DNA of 57,815 bases, filler included, from Sphacelaria rigidula (GCA_964200075.2; 8 parts of 8 records of this genome joined end to end with filler, not necessarily neighbours in it); one strand, 5' to 3'. Shown: positions 35,148-49,150, counted from the whole stretch's first letter. The notes: a model not told the origin generated them from the letters alone. Translations and numbers: made by a program.

Positions 35148-37269
35148 CGCCTGCAAACTTCAAATTCACCTCTAGGCTGGCCCAGCTCGTACAACAAGCT
35201 GGTACCACAGCGCACACACATAGCACACAACGTGGGTGAGGCACGGATATTTAGTATCGATTAGTCTGCTGCTCTTCTACTCGCGATTTTAACTGACTGC
35301 CCCGCGCTTCGGTTCGATATTATTACCGTATGCTCATGTATTCAGCGTTTCATCTGACGTGAAGGACCGGGGAGAATTGCTCTTCCTCACCGAGTTAGAC
35401 TTCGGCCCATTTTCGTCGGCACAATTTTTTTTTCGGAAATCTCCTGAATTTTCGGGACTTGCGAAGTACTTGATGACTCTCGAATGCTTGCGAGCGCTAC
35501 GGCCTACACACAGGGCAGCTCTCCGAAGTGCTGGGTTGGAGTCCAAATATTTCGGACTTGTCCAAAAATGAATATTTGGAGACAAGGTGAAGCCGCTTTA
35601 TTTTCGGAGAAGTCTGAACGCAGAGTCCGAAAATTCCGAAATATCCTGAGATATAATACGAAAGAAACAGTGGCGATAATAGAGGCCCTGGTCGCCAGTT
35701 TCCACGAGTGGATCGTAGGGCTTGGGCGAGACTCGGCCCTGTTTCTCCGGATGGGTCGTAGGACTTGAATCTACCCGTCCTGTGTTTCTTTGAGCGATTC
35801 AGAGCAAGCGCTTAGCTACGACTCATGCCTCGTTGACCGTGTGAGAAAAAATTGTCAGTACTCGCTGCGCCACGATACGCTGCTTACTGTCCATGTGTCA
35901 ACACCAACATACGCCTCGAGGGGGCGGTCTACTGTGTGCTGTAGTAGTCAGCATCAAAAGTTTTCAGAATCCGTAGTTGTTGTAGTTCTTGAGTTTTTCT
36001 CGAGTATTATTCTTCATTACTACTTGAAAGTGCTAGCGCCGGAAGTTTTAGGGGAAAGCGTAGGCCGCGCTCAAACTGCAATGCCCAAGTTGGTGTTTTN
36101 NNNNNNNNNNNNNNNNNNNNNNNNNNNNNNNNNNNNNNNNNNNTTAATTAATTAANNNNNNNNNNNNNNNNNNNNNNNNNNNNNNNNNNNNNNNNNNNNA
36201 ATCAGGCAGAAGAAATCGTGAATTTGGTGATTTTGAGTCGTGATGATTTGTCCTAACCGTGCACCCTTGTACCGATGTATCATGCCTCGATTGATCGATT
36301 CGTATAAGCTGGTCTGAGCCCACAGTGCGAACCTCGCGCCACTCAAGGCATCTCGGTGCAAGAAAAGGACGATTTCGTGAGCTATCCCATGTCTTTTGAG
36401 CAGCTATCGTCTGCTGCCTCACGAATGATCGATCCTGCGCCCTCGAAGGAATCCGCTGTAGAGGCTGTATTGAGTACGATTCCGTCACTTACACACAGCA
36501 GACACAACGGCTGTGCAGCCACCACGTGACTTTTCCAACTTTGCACAGGTAGTGTTTCCACGCCAATTCTTCACGGGCCGGTACACAGCAGAACAAACCG
36601 TCCTCGTAAGGTTTGAGCGCACCGCAGTACAGCGACAACTACAGCCTCAAAATGATGGGTGTGGGCACGGAGCGCCTTGTTCATTTGCGTGAGACCTAGA
36701 AACCAACTCATCCATGACGTTTCACCAGTGTGACGCGGTGGTGAAGAGGACTGCGTGCAAACTACAATTTCGTACCGACCAGGACACGAATACAGTACAA
36801 AAATCTGGGCAATCCCCAGGGTAGACCAGACCGTCTTCGCAGCGTTCAAACGCACCACATTATAGCACCAGGTACAATACAAGAATGAGAGGTCTGCGCA
36901 CTGGGGAGCAGTGGCTGCTGTCGAGAACTTAAATGATGCAGTCTATATTCGCGGTCTTTGAATGAAGTTGTCGCAGCAAGGTAAGCGGCATTACTTCCGA
37001 CGGTTCAAGGAAATCACGAACCATGTATCTTTTTCACAGAGTACCTCTTTCGTGGTTATTCGTCGTCTATTCGTTTGAGTGGAGTTTCAAGTAGGATATT
37101 GCTGGAGTAGGCGTGTTGCCATAGCAGAGAAAAATGTATCTAGGATACGTCAGCTGAAATATATCTTGTGTGCAAGATTGCATTCGACCTAAGCTCAGAG
37201 CTGGGAAGGCTACCGCGTCAGCAGCAGTAGAGTAGTTGAACCGGATGGTGTAGTTTCGTTGGACGTACG

Positions 37270-40200
37270 TGTGCAGAATTGGTTTTGTTCTTGAAAGTGA
37301 TGCGTGTTGAGGCTTGATAGGCTTTAGTTCCTTATGCGCGTTTTCCCCTTGAAATGAAGCTCCTTGTATTTTTTATAAGTTTCTCTTCTTTTTTAAGCCC
37401 CACTTCAAGCCTTTTAGCGCAAGTTAGGCGCGCTTTGTGCGCCTTATTCCCGTCCTCGTTGTTGTGTTGCGGTAGTATCCCCCCACGAGGCGCGCCTTTT
37501 AGCACAAGGAAAAGACGACGAGTCAGCGATTCGAAGTTTTAATGCTTATCTCGATTTTCGAAAGAAGCTTTTCATCAGCCCTTGAGTTTGAAGGTCACAA
37601 CCTGCACACCTATACCCCCACCCACGTACGAAAACAGCAAATAAATGCCGCTACACTTATGATGCATGATGGAGCAGTCGGGCATTGTAGCCTCTGGACA
37701 CAGGGCGTTGCAGCCGTTGCCCTCTCGCCCGGCAAGCCACAAGCTATTACCTCTCCTTCCATCATCTATCGTCTGTCGACAATGAAAATCTTGTCGAACT
37801 ACCGGTACCGGTTGTACGCTGTACAAGTGCACACGCGGCCATTCGGCTACCTCGTAAAGGCATTTCCAAACGTCATCCTCGGTTTCCTCCGTGTTGAAAT
37901 TCCCCGTGGAGGATGTCGGGTATTCGTAATCCTCTTGGAGGATTTTTAATGTCGGGGCCCTCGAAGGTTCGTGTCGATATTAGAATTTACCTGGGTTGTG
38001 TCTGTAGGCACAAGTGCTATGGAATTCTGGAATTTTCACAGCCCCTGCTGTTGAAAATAAATCCTGATTCCAAATGGTTGGGATCAGGCAAGAAGGAATT
38101 ATTTCGAACAGCAGAGGCTGCGCAAATCTCATATGTATACTCTTGCAATTCGAATTTGTACACCAGAAACTGTTCGAAATAAATCCTCATGTTGCCCGCG
38201 AGTACCTGAAATTGGGCAAAAGAAGGACTCATTTGCGAGCAGCTTCTGCTGTTCAAGTCCCACATGATTTTACTCAGTAGCCGACGGTATATAACACCCC
38301 CGTGTACCCAAAGTTAGAGGCATCCACTTTGTTCAGCCATACGTGGCGCATATGCCGCGCTAACTCTGCCATATATTGCACCGCACGTATATAAGCACGA
38401 TATGGTACGTGTTCTGCACGGTATCGTACAGTTCAGTACAGCATCAAACCATGCTTACTGTGGTGATGGTCATATTTTCATCAACGTACAGAAGAAACCG
38501 CAATCACAATTTTTGTGTGTGAAAAAATCCTTCACTTTAGTGTTGGAATGGTGAACACAGGACTACGGGGTTTTCAAGACCTTCATGTTTGAATATGTAA
38601 GGTTCATAATGACTTTGAACCATAACCAGAAGCTGAAGCTATATAGCATGGCTGTGGGTACATACACTCACAATCAGTGCATGGGATTTGAAACCAGCCA
38701 AGGCTGTTGAAGACTTCGATCTGCTTGCATACTTGATATATGAAACGGGGGGCAAGAGGATTAATGTTTAACGACTTCTGCTGTTTCTCGACACCGCCGG
38801 TTATTGCCCGCACCATACCCCGCTGCTCAAGTTGAAACTTCCGCCAACAAGACATACATCATTCCGAACTACTGCAGTGTGTATCTATATCCCTGTGCCC
38901 ATCTCGTGCTCCTTGTTGCAGGGTTATTGTGGTGGTATTAAAGCTGGGACGAAGTGTTGTCGGGTTTGCAATTCTATCTGTAAACGGCGGATGATACATA
39001 TATCTAGCGTGATGGTCCCAAAGTTCTCCTGGAAGCAGTTAGGACACAAATGCACCTGTGTAAATGTACATGCTGGAGGATACTGCACGGCCATGTCCTC
39101 CGGAGTCGCAGCAACAAATGCCTCAGAGGCTATTGTCGGTACCTCCTCCACAGGAATGATGCTCATATTTCCCTCTGCTGTTCATATTTCCCTGTAAGGG
39201 ACGCTCACGAAAACCACGTGCCCCCAAGCACCATATTTTTGGTACTGTGGAGGGCTTCAGACCTCAGAAGTCACTGGAGCATCAGATGCCCTCCAGAGGA
39301 TTAGTTTTATTGCCGGAACCGAGTATGAAAAACCCTCTAAAGGGTATTTTTATCCTCGGGAGGGTCACTTTACCATCGACAGGAGGAAAATCGCGATGGA
39401 GTATTCGAAGGGGGTAGCCGAATGGCCGCGTGTGTGTACTACAGACTACAGTAGTGTCAGTCACATTTTGGAAAACAACATCGATAGTACCGTGTATGAA
39501 AATGATTGAATTGAAGATTTTGCTGATCAGGCCCGCAACTAAATGGGAACACGAAACACGACCATCGAAGTTTGGAGTACTGAAGCCTGAAGCCTTTTGG
39601 TCTCTCTGGTGACGAGTCACGCCACATGGAGCACTTCCGGGCAGCTGGCTGCAAGAGGCGCAAAATAATATCGCAACTTTTTGCGCGTCATATGCACGTT
39701 TCAAGCAGGTTAAGCTCGTTTCGAGCATATTGAGCTAAATGCGATGAAATACCCATCTAAGCTGAAAACCCCCAAATTAAGCTGAACTTGATGCGCGCAT
39801 ACGGAACTAAAGCCTAAGGCTTGACCTCGATCGCCACCGCTTTCACTCTCCCAAGCTCACTCAGTTTTCCTCTACGTGCAAAATAGGCCGTTTGATTTTG
39901 TTTTGGGCGAAAAGCGACACAGAAAACCATCCTGGTTTTCTTCTTTTTCGCTGTGTATCACGAGGTAGCTCAACAGCTACTGTGCAAACCTCTGCTGTTC
40001 TGTCTAGTGACAACCCTACACGAGCCAATACTTCCAACAGGTGCCGGCCACAATGATTTTGTACAGGCGCAACACCACGGTAGAATGACCAGCGCACGAG
40101 GGAGGGCGAGAGTGTTTTTGTGCTGCAAGAAAGTAAAACATGTCATCATGGTCTATTTCTTCACCCGATATTGGAGAGCCTTTCAATTTTGGTCGGGTGT

Positions 40201-41420
40201 GAATAGGGTGTCCATTTTGAACAGACACCCGCCCGCTGGCCGATAATCGAAATCGTATGGGCTTTTTGTTCGAAATATGGAACGACATTGATTTGTACAG
40301 ATCCAATGAGAATTGGTGCCATTTCATTTTACAGCAACAGCGTACGCAGTTCGAGATTAGCAACGTTGACGAATAAACTCCTCGGGTTGATATGACATAT
40401 CTTTACAGTCAATCATCTTCCACCTCCGTCGACAACGCTCCGCACGCGGCCATTCGGCTACCTTGTAGAGGATTTTTCAAACGTCATCCTCGGTCCCATC
40501 CGTTTTGAAATCCCCGCTAGAGGATCTTGGACATCCACAATCCTCTAATCCTCTAGAGGATTGTGAATATTGGGACCTCGAAGGTCTGTGTCAATATTGA
40601 TATCCCCTGGATTTTTCAAGGAATATGTGCTATGGGAATCTGGAACTCTTACAGCCTCTACCGCTCGAAATAAATCGTAATCCCAAATTCAGAATCGGGC
40701 GAAAGGGATTATTATTTCGATCAGCAGAGGCTGTACACATCCCATATACACTCGCAAATGGAATTTGTACACCAAAAGCTGTTCGACAGGAAGCCCCATT
40801 TTGCCCGCCAATATCTGAAATTGGGCAAAAAAGGAAGTTATTTGCGGGCAGCTTTTGCCGTTTAGGTCCCACATACTGCACCGTATCAGTGGATGAGATT
40901 CGAGAGGCAGCAGAAAGTGTTGAAAACTTATCCTCTCGCCCCCCAGTTCATGTATCAATGGGCAAAGAGATCGAAGTCTTCAACAACCCCCCTGGTTACA
41001 GATCTCATACACTGGTTGCGAGTGTATGTACACACAGCCATGCTTTGTAGCGTTAGCTTGTGGTAATGGTACTACACCCGCACGAACGTCATATACTTAT
41101 ACATACAGGTTTTGAAAACCCCGTAGTCCCGTGTCTACCATTTAATATTCGAGCATTTTTTCGATTGAACACGCGAAAAACTTCGATGGTGACTATACAC
41201 TGCGTACTTTAATGGCGATATGACGACCACAACAGTAGGCACGGTGTGGTGCTGTACTGAAACTGTACAATGCCGTGCAGGACACGTACCATATCGTGCT
41301 TATATACGCGCAGAGCAATATACTGCAGAGTTAGCGCGGCATATGCGCCACGTATGGCTGAACAAAGTGGATGCCTGTAACTTTGGGTGCATGGGGGTGT
41401 TATATATCGTCAGCTACTAT
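37270..41420. repeat. Cluster of three rearranged copies of one repeat family
   Basis: 37830-38265 is direct with 40443-40880; 38278-38790 is inverted with 40915-41416; about 39290-39830 is inverted to about 37320-37960. Confidence 0.8.
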
Positions 41421-42485
41421 GTATACATCACGACGCCCGTGTTCTTGCAGCATGCTCACATGCTCCCCGCCGCAATCAGTTGAACGTGAAGAGGAAGCGG
41501 GAAAAGTACAGTACAAACAGCGCAGGAAAAAATGTATATTTTCTGCTTACAGTGCGACGTGAAAAGGACTTGAACAGAGTGCGCAGCTTTGTCTGCCTGC
41601 ACTGTCCGTGGGTATGAACTGAAGTATTTATTACAGGGAGCGATTCGATTATTAGATTCTCCTCTCGCTGAAGAAGCAATCGCGGCTATTGCTGCGTATT
41701 CTAGATCAGGTTGTGAGCGTTTGAACATTTATAGGAGATCATGTCGGGGAGGAAACAAGGTCAATTCCTCCCCTTTTTTTTCCGTGAAAAGCTCTACTCG
41801 TCTGTACATCACGTGGTCCGCGCTGCCTAGCAAATGTCAAGATATCATATCAATGTCCAAATGTCAACATTTCATATGAAAGCCATTTTCCAGCCTGATG
41901 CACACACCTACTACCTTTGAATACGACCTCTTGTCCCCTCCCGCCCCGAATAGGTCGAAAGGACAGTGTAGCGAGGTATGTATTTACAGGGACGAGAATA
42001 ACTAAAGTGCATATACCTGTGCAAATATGTCCTGAGTACGGTACGTTTTACACGTGTGCAGAAGGTGCCATTTTCGCACGGGTTGTCTGAGGTGAAATTA
42101 CTTCTTTTTTTTTGCCGTTTTCTCCAACGTACAGGTGCAGCGTTTGTCCCCAGTTGATGTCCCCTAAGAGTTTCGAGCGAAGACATCGTGTGCGGCGTAT
42201 TTCCCCGTATTTCCCTATATTTCCCCAGTTGCTCTATTTTGTGCAATAGGGGTATTCTACCAGATGCACCCTTTCCCGTCTGAAGACCTAACTTTGTACT
42301 CGAGGGAGGTCTCGAGAACTAACCTCAGGAGACCTGGCTCGCATGTAATAAATAACCGAGGGGATAGGGAGAGTGTGCTCTGCACCCTGTTCTCACTTTC
42401 CACCATATCGCAGGTATACCGTGATTTGCCCATGTATAAATTGAGCAATGATGCCGGGCGTTGCTTGGGCTGTGCGAAATCCGTA

Positions 42486-43000
42486 GAGCGATGGACTAGA
42501 AAAGGTATACCTTCTCGTTTCTTGCCCAAGAAAGGTACGACAAATGGCCAGAAACGCCAAAACAGCCAACCACGCCATTTTGACCGTTTTCGCTTCGAAG
42601 TTTTCACGCACATCATTCGCGCGATGTGCCGCATCAGGTACAGTTTAGAGAGCAATGGCCTAGCACAGGTACGTTCTCGGCCGATCGGTGGCCCAGATAA
42701 GGTACGATTGAAAAATAATTCCTAGATCAGGTATATCTGGGCGAAATTTGACCTACAAAAGGTAAGCGGCTTCTGAAGGCGTAACGTCCGTTGTCGCGTG
42801 GCCATATTTCTCGAGTAACATGTTTTTTTCCCGTTTTGTTTCGAGACCGGGGTGCCAATGGCCCCCCCGAATGATGTGCGTGAAAACTTCGTAGCGAAAA
42901 CGGTCAAAATGGCGTGTTTGGCTGTTTTGGCGTTCCTGGCCATTTTCGTACCTTTCTTGGGCAAGAAACGAGAGGGTATACCTTTTCTAGTCCATTGCTC
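42486..43000. mobile_element. Mutator-like (MULE) non-autonomous element, ~135-bp TIRs, 9-bp TSD AAATCCGTA
   Basis: 42486-42620 is the reverse complement of about 42869-43000; AAATCCGTA at 42477-42485 and 43001-43009. Confidence 0.92.
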
Positions 43001-43230
43001 AAATCCGTATCTTCCCTTAGATCATAAAACTGAATGCCTGGGAGTTGCCTAGACTTTGGTATATGAATACTCGGCTTGGAGACGATAGAGGGAACAATCC
43101 GTATCGCGCCCAAAAATCGATTAGGCGGGAACGGGGAAGGTATGGCACTGACATTTGAAGGCTACTTCCCTCTTGGGTATATCATGTCTATTTTTGATCA
43201 AAAACAAGAACGAACATGCTTGTGGCGCAG

Positions 43231-43338
43231 GTTCATGTACTACAACAAGCCTAATGGCATGGCACACTTCCTCAAGAACGCCGACCCCCCGGTGGAGGAG
43301 ACGGTGATTGCCCTGGTTGACCCAGACATGTACTTTGT
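43231..43338 (+). CDS. Exon of an HPAT/SGT1-like glycosyltransferase (GT95/GT96-like), truncated by the contig end
   Basis: Acceptor GCGCAG|; FMYYNKPNGMAHFLKNADPPVEETVIALVDPDMYF has the family's NKP motif and DxD (DPD) motif. Confidence 0.75.
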
Positions 43339-43500
43339 NNNNNNNNNNNNNNNNNNNNNNNNNNNNNNNNNNNNNNNNNNNNTTAATTAATTAANNNNNN
43401 NNNNNNNNNNNNNNNNNNNNNNNNNNNNNNNNNNNNNNCATCGTGGTTACCGCAAAAAACACGCAAGAGCGCAAAAAAAAAGCGGTAACCTGGTTGCCTA

Positions 43501-43711
43501 TGTAATGCGTGAGAGGACCGCGTGCATAGAGGACCGTATCAGAATTCGAGCATCCCTGTAGTTAGGGTTAGGGTTAGGGTTAGGGTTGGGGTTAGGGTCA
43601 GGGGCATGGTACCTGCAGGGACTGGCCCGATTGGTTTTAAAAAACACTGATCCTGAAGTATTTTGAGCACCGGCGCGGTCCTTCAAGCACGCGGTCCTCT
43701 CACGCATTACA
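43501..43711 (-). mobile_element. TG..CA MITE with internal telomeric repeats, 5-bp TSD GCCTA
   Basis: TIR TGTAATGCGTGAGAGGACCGCGTGC / GCACGCGGTCCTCTCACGCATTACA; (TTAGGG)n at about 43562-43600. Confidence 0.92.
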
Positions 43712-44225
43712 GCCTAGCTCACGTAGTGAGTGGCGTGTTTTATAGCGTCATCGCCAAGTGACGCCAACCCCATCGATCGGGGGTCCGCCCCTACAAAGCC
43801 GGGACGGAGCACGCCGGGTTATCGCCGGACCAGGCTGAGGTATGGTTGAAAGTGTCCGCGAAACCTTTACACTGCGATCATCAATTCCCGCACAATACAG
43901 TACCGTACTCGGACGTTTTATCCTAACTACTTCATGTAGTTTGCCAGAAGCACGCGCAGTAGTACATCATAATATATATGCTTGGGAGTTTCACTTGCAA
44001 GCGACTGGAAAACAGAATATGAGCCCAGGCAACACAGAAAAGCACATCCCGTGTCATGAGGAAAGAGCGCTCTCCGAAAAGTGCAGGGGACAAAAAAAAA
44101 GGTGGACCCCGCACGCACGGATGCGATCAACAGACGATTCTATAGAATGAGGTTCATCAATAAAATGAGGTCGAGCTCAAGACAGTACTTTCTCCACGCT
44201 TTCAGCGATGGTGCCCAGTGACTTT

Positions 44226-44442
44226 CTTGTGGGCCTAATTCCCCCTCGATCGCGTAGATACTTCTTCGGGGGATTTATCGACTCTGTGAGCTCACAGCGC
44301 TGTCCGAAACCGCCATTTCTACTTATTTTTTAGGGAAGGGGGGTGATATCAGGGAAAACAGCAGTTTCGGTCAGCGCTGTAAGCTCACAGAGTCTGTAAC
44401 ATGCGCTGAAAAAGTATCTACGCGATCGAGGGGCATTAGGCC
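44226..44442. repeat. ~215-bp foldback element, right end interrupted by the telomeric MITE
   Basis: GGCCTAAT..CCCCTCGATCGCGTAGATACTT / AAGTATCTACGCGATCGAGGGG..ATTAGGCC. Confidence 0.8.
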
Positions 44443-44643
44443 TGTAATGCGTGAGAGTACCGCGCCGAAGTTCGAAACACCTCAGAATCGACGTTTTTCA
44501 AAACCAACCGGGCCAATCCCTGCCGGTACTACGCCCTTGACCATGACCCCGACACTAACCCTAACCCTAACCCTAACCCTAACCATAGGGACATTCAAAT
44601 TCCGATGCGGTCCTCTAAGCACGCGGTCCTCTCACGCATTACA
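44443..44643 (+). mobile_element. TG..CA telomeric MITE, copy 2
   Basis: Same TIRs, internal (CCCTAA)n; TSD not clean. Confidence 0.88.
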
Positions 44644-47600
44644 CCCCAAGCACACGACCCTCTCACGCTTTACAGAGTGGACATGCAAAGTTATAAGCCC
44701 CTCTGGCGGCCGATTTTTGCATTGGTGATTCTGTTCGTAATTGGATTGGCGGGGGGCGGGGGGAAGGAGGGCACCGTTGCAACTACCATCAACGACGAAG
44801 GAGAGAGGCTTCTAACATGAACGACCTCGAAATGCTGGAGAACTGAGAGACTTGATGGACATTGCCACCACGCGGACGCACTGGACCTTGCGACATCCTC
44901 AGGTCTTGTACATCAATATGAAGGGGGAGGAATAAAACTTCGTCATGTTCCATTATTTCACATCTATTTTGATGTTCGAAATCCGTGGGTGCTGTCGCAA
45001 GACCAAGTGCGTCCGCATGGTAGCAATGAACAGCGGATTCTCAAACATGGGGTTGAACAAAACATCTAGCTTTCTCCGACCTAAAGTCATGGCAAATTAC
45101 TTCAATATCAACGACCTCACGGATTTGCTCAATTCGCCACAGTGGACCCGAAAACCCCCAAAGCGTCTGAGAAAACGCGTTTTTTTGCACATTTTGGCCA
45201 CTTGCAAAGTTTTGCGGGCTCCGCGGCACGCTTTTTGGAGATCCACCGCCACACTAAATAGTATTGGTGTGTGGGAAGCGCACGCATCAAACCTCAGTCT
45301 AATCCTCTGCTTTGTGTGGAGAAATTTGCGTTGAAAGATGAGCACAACAACATACTGCAACAAGAAGGGCACAACAACACAAGCAGCAGCTTCTATCCTC
45401 CTGTTACTGTCACTCTGTGTACAGGTGTTCAGCAACGTCAGTCACAGGTTTGTTGTAGCATGCACTACAGCAGTTGTACATTTTGTATGAGCGCTGTCGT
45501 CATTTCGAGTGATGCGTGTACTTGTGATTGATACTGATTCGCTCATTTAGGTTACATTTCTTCCGCATTCAACTGGCTGTGTAGTTGGTCGGTCTATTCT
45601 CCCGATATCTAGTGCCCAAAATCGGGCCCCATTCACGGGCATAACAGTAGCTGATCCGCCAAGGATCCAGCTTTGGTCATATGGTCGACGTACCCAAGAA
45701 AAAACAAAACGATAACACTCCGTGAAGGAAAGTGTAGGAAACCGGGGAGGCGGATCAGACATAAAGAGTGGACTAAGAGACAACACAAACAAAACGAGAA
45801 TACATTGGAAATGGCCGGCCTGTGCTACATGGCTTCAGATGGAAAAAGCTTGAGTTCATGCGCAATTGTAGGTGGAACAAAATGCCGTGGGGACAGTATC
45901 CGGCTCGTCTCTTTCGGCCACACTATTTGGGGTGTGACCTCTCGATCACCAACCCTACTGAAGTGAGGCACCAAACTGCGACCAGCGTACACCGCGAAGA
46001 TATGACCCACATAGACGGAGATGGGGAGAGAGAGAATAGAGAAGACTGCAGGTGTGGTGGAACCCCAGTGAGAGTACAGTATAAACGCGGGATCTTCCAA
46101 ATAGGGGATGGATCTTTTATTGGGGATGGGAAACCCGGAGAATTACAAATCTTCGTATCCACACCAAATCTTCGAAATATGGTTCCATTGCCTCACCTCC
46201 TGATAGCCATTGACAACTGCTACACCCCTTACAAATTTGGATTTCGATCACCGAAATGTTGGGGTCCTAGGTCAAAAACCAACTTTGGGGAATTCCGGAT
46301 GTCCGGACGGACGCCAAAATGGTGCCGAAACCTTTTCATCTCGGAGCTCAACATTTTGGTGATCGAAATCCAAATTTCTGTGGCGTGTAGCAGTTGTCAA
46401 CAGCTATTAGTAGTTGAAGAAATGAAAGCATATTTCAAAGATTTGGTGTGGATACCAAGATTATAATTATCCGGGCTTCCCATCCCCAGTTTGTAAGATC
46501 CCGTGTTGCAGGTACAAGCACACAAATCTGAGAACACCGCAAGACCATCGATCAAGGACAAACTCAAGCACAAAGTAATAACCGAAAACAAAAACCAGGA
46601 CTTGGTCAAAAATTCTCGCTGTAGCCCATTTCCCCCCGTTAATCGCCAGTGGAGTAAAAAGCGGGCTGCCCTCTCGGTCATGTCCGTTCTGGTTCCCTCG
46701 CGAGTTGTTGACTGATGTGCTACGAGTAGAGGTGGCCACCGGCAGCCAAAAAAACGCTACCGGATAGGTGGCGCCATTCTCATATACAAATGATGATGTT
46801 TCAGCTGGTGAAACAGGGTCACCGATAGGTGCAACCTCATGAGCAAGGGAAAACGCCTCCAAACCGTGGATATGGTTGTGATGGGTGATTGTTTCGCTTC
46901 AACACACTCACTGCCGGTGACAGCAAGGTTCAACGTCATTCCTCCGCACCCGATTAACCTTTGTCGGATGTACAGCGCAGTGACTGGTGACACCGATTTT
47001 AATGATAAAAAATGGGTTTTGGTGATTACTTGAACAGCTGCCGTTTGACACCTGAAACTGGCATAGACAAATCGACGAGGCATTCGCACGAAATACTACC
47101 CTGTCCATGTGAAAAATCTCCGGCGTGACCGATGGTGTGAAGCCAAGATAGGGGGCCGAAAGGGAGAGACCAACACCTCGCACGCCCCTGCAACCTATTG
47201 CCCCAAAAATGGAGGTGGGAGCCAGGGGTGACGATTTACTTCAACCTTGCATCGAACTAGTGTAGCGCCTCAGTGTCCAAAAACAACGAAAGCGGCGTAC
47301 AACGGTAACCCACACTAGATGCTGCAAACCACGCGATCGCGCTTTCTCTCTGGGCAATGTTGCCCCACAGCATGAACGATGACGCACTAATCGTATGGGG
47401 GCGATAAGCGAAAATAGATGGCGTCAACTTTAATCGAGGATACACGGACGATCAGGGCAGACTTCTGGGATTCGCCAACATCATCATGGTACTCTCCGAA
47501 GGGAAACGAACGCATATTAGGTTTTATTGATTGTCACATTTTACTGACCCCCCAGGGGTCCAGACGTGGTCGCATGATAGACGTACCCGAGAAAAAACAA

Positions 47601-47721
47601 AACCGAAACGCTGGCTGAAAAAGAAAAATAACAGACGTAGTAGACTAAGACGGAAACAATAAAAAAATTATTATTATTATCATGATTTATTATAATTTTA
47701 ACTATAATATTTTATGATAAT

Positions 47722-47722
47722 G

Positions 47723-47801
<79 letters not shown>
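47722..47801 (+). repeat. (AAT)n microsatellite, probably the tail of the adjacent LINE
   Basis: Direct reading; lies just downstream of the minus-strand LINE 3' UTR. Confidence 0.85.
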
Positions 47802-47802
<1 letters not shown>

Positions 47803-49150
47803 GAAACAAAAACAGTAGTAATAATAACCATGATGATCATAATCATGATCATTACAATATAATAGTGAACTGAAAAAAAGCAAAGCACGGAAAGACATGG
47901 TCGATGTTAAACAAAAGAAGGGAACGAAGAGAAAATAAAAGAGCAAAACAAAAATGGAATGAAAAATGAAACAAAGGAAAGAGCCCAGGAGATTCAGGGT
48001 AGTAGAGTAGATACCGATACACACCAGTGGGCGCCGCAGAGCGCCCGACCAGGACATGATCAACAACCGATATGAGCAGACATGATTCAGGGCAGCCTCT
48101 CGCTCATGACGGCGATCTGATTCTCGTTTGTCCGTGCGTCGCCACATGTCCTCGAACTCTTCCGCTCCTTTTCCGACTTCAACATGCCATTTGCCCATGT
48201 TCTTCGCCGCAGTGACGCAATCGTACTCATCGTGAACCTCTACACCGTAGGCGAACCATTTCCTTCGGGCTCCTTTGTGCGGGACAGCCTCCAGCACACG
48301 TATGTTCTCCTTTAGGGTACCCTCCCATTGCTTGGGAGGGGCGGCTGGTCTCCTTTGGCCCTCGTGTGGAAAGCCGACTGTTCATGTTGCGCTTAGGAAG
48401 GCATGTGCCCTTGTCCTAGACAAGGACTCCTGCTAAGCAGAGTTGACGTTTGCGGATAGTCGTCTCGATACGTTCGCCGTTGGTCATCTCGAGCACCGCT
48501 CTGTACGAACGAGTCTTGAGGCCATTTTGATTTTTCCTACGAAATCCAACCACTCGCAGCAAGAGCTTGGGATGGGCACTCCGCAGACTGTCGAAGTCCT
48601 CAAAACGTAGCCTCCATGTGGTACATCCCTATAAACAGAAGTCCTCACAATATAGCGTCAATGTGGCACATCCATACAACAAAGCTTCTGCCACCTCCGC
48701 TTTGAGCAGGCAAACTTTCAAGAATAGCTCGGCGTTCGGTCGGTCGTAGAGTTGGGAGATATATTCTCCGATACGCGCCCACACGGCGCTGATAAAGCGG
48801 TTGATTTCGATGGACATTTTTGCATCCGCGCTGACAGCTCCACCGAGGTAGAAAAACTTCTCCGCCTGCTTATACCGTTGACCGGCAGCTTTGATATCCA
48901 GGGCGGCCTCCTTGGGACTGGGTACTTACCAAAGGCGCGTGGACTCAGAGGGACTGGGTACTGATCTTGTTCTCGGAGACCATCAGGCCGAACTCCTCGC
49001 AGGTCATCACCATCACGGCCATCATTCGAGCAAGGAGGCCTTCTGAGGTCCTCGAGGCTGTGTAGATGTCGTCCGCATGAAGCCCACGCCGCGCGTTGCA
49101 CCTTTTCCAGCGGTGTCTTTTCCACGTGTTCACCACCGTCACCTTTTGGC

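Noticed and set aside
16155-43338. Functional cluster of transposase, CFAP43 and glycosyltransferase
   Set aside because: The genes lie on different contigs joined only by length sorting.
43562-43600. True chromosome end
   Set aside because: The tract is short, degenerate and enclosed within MITE TIRs.
45822-46466. 214-aa ORF as a real gene
   Set aside because: Non-ATG start, no motif, atypical composition and no splice support.
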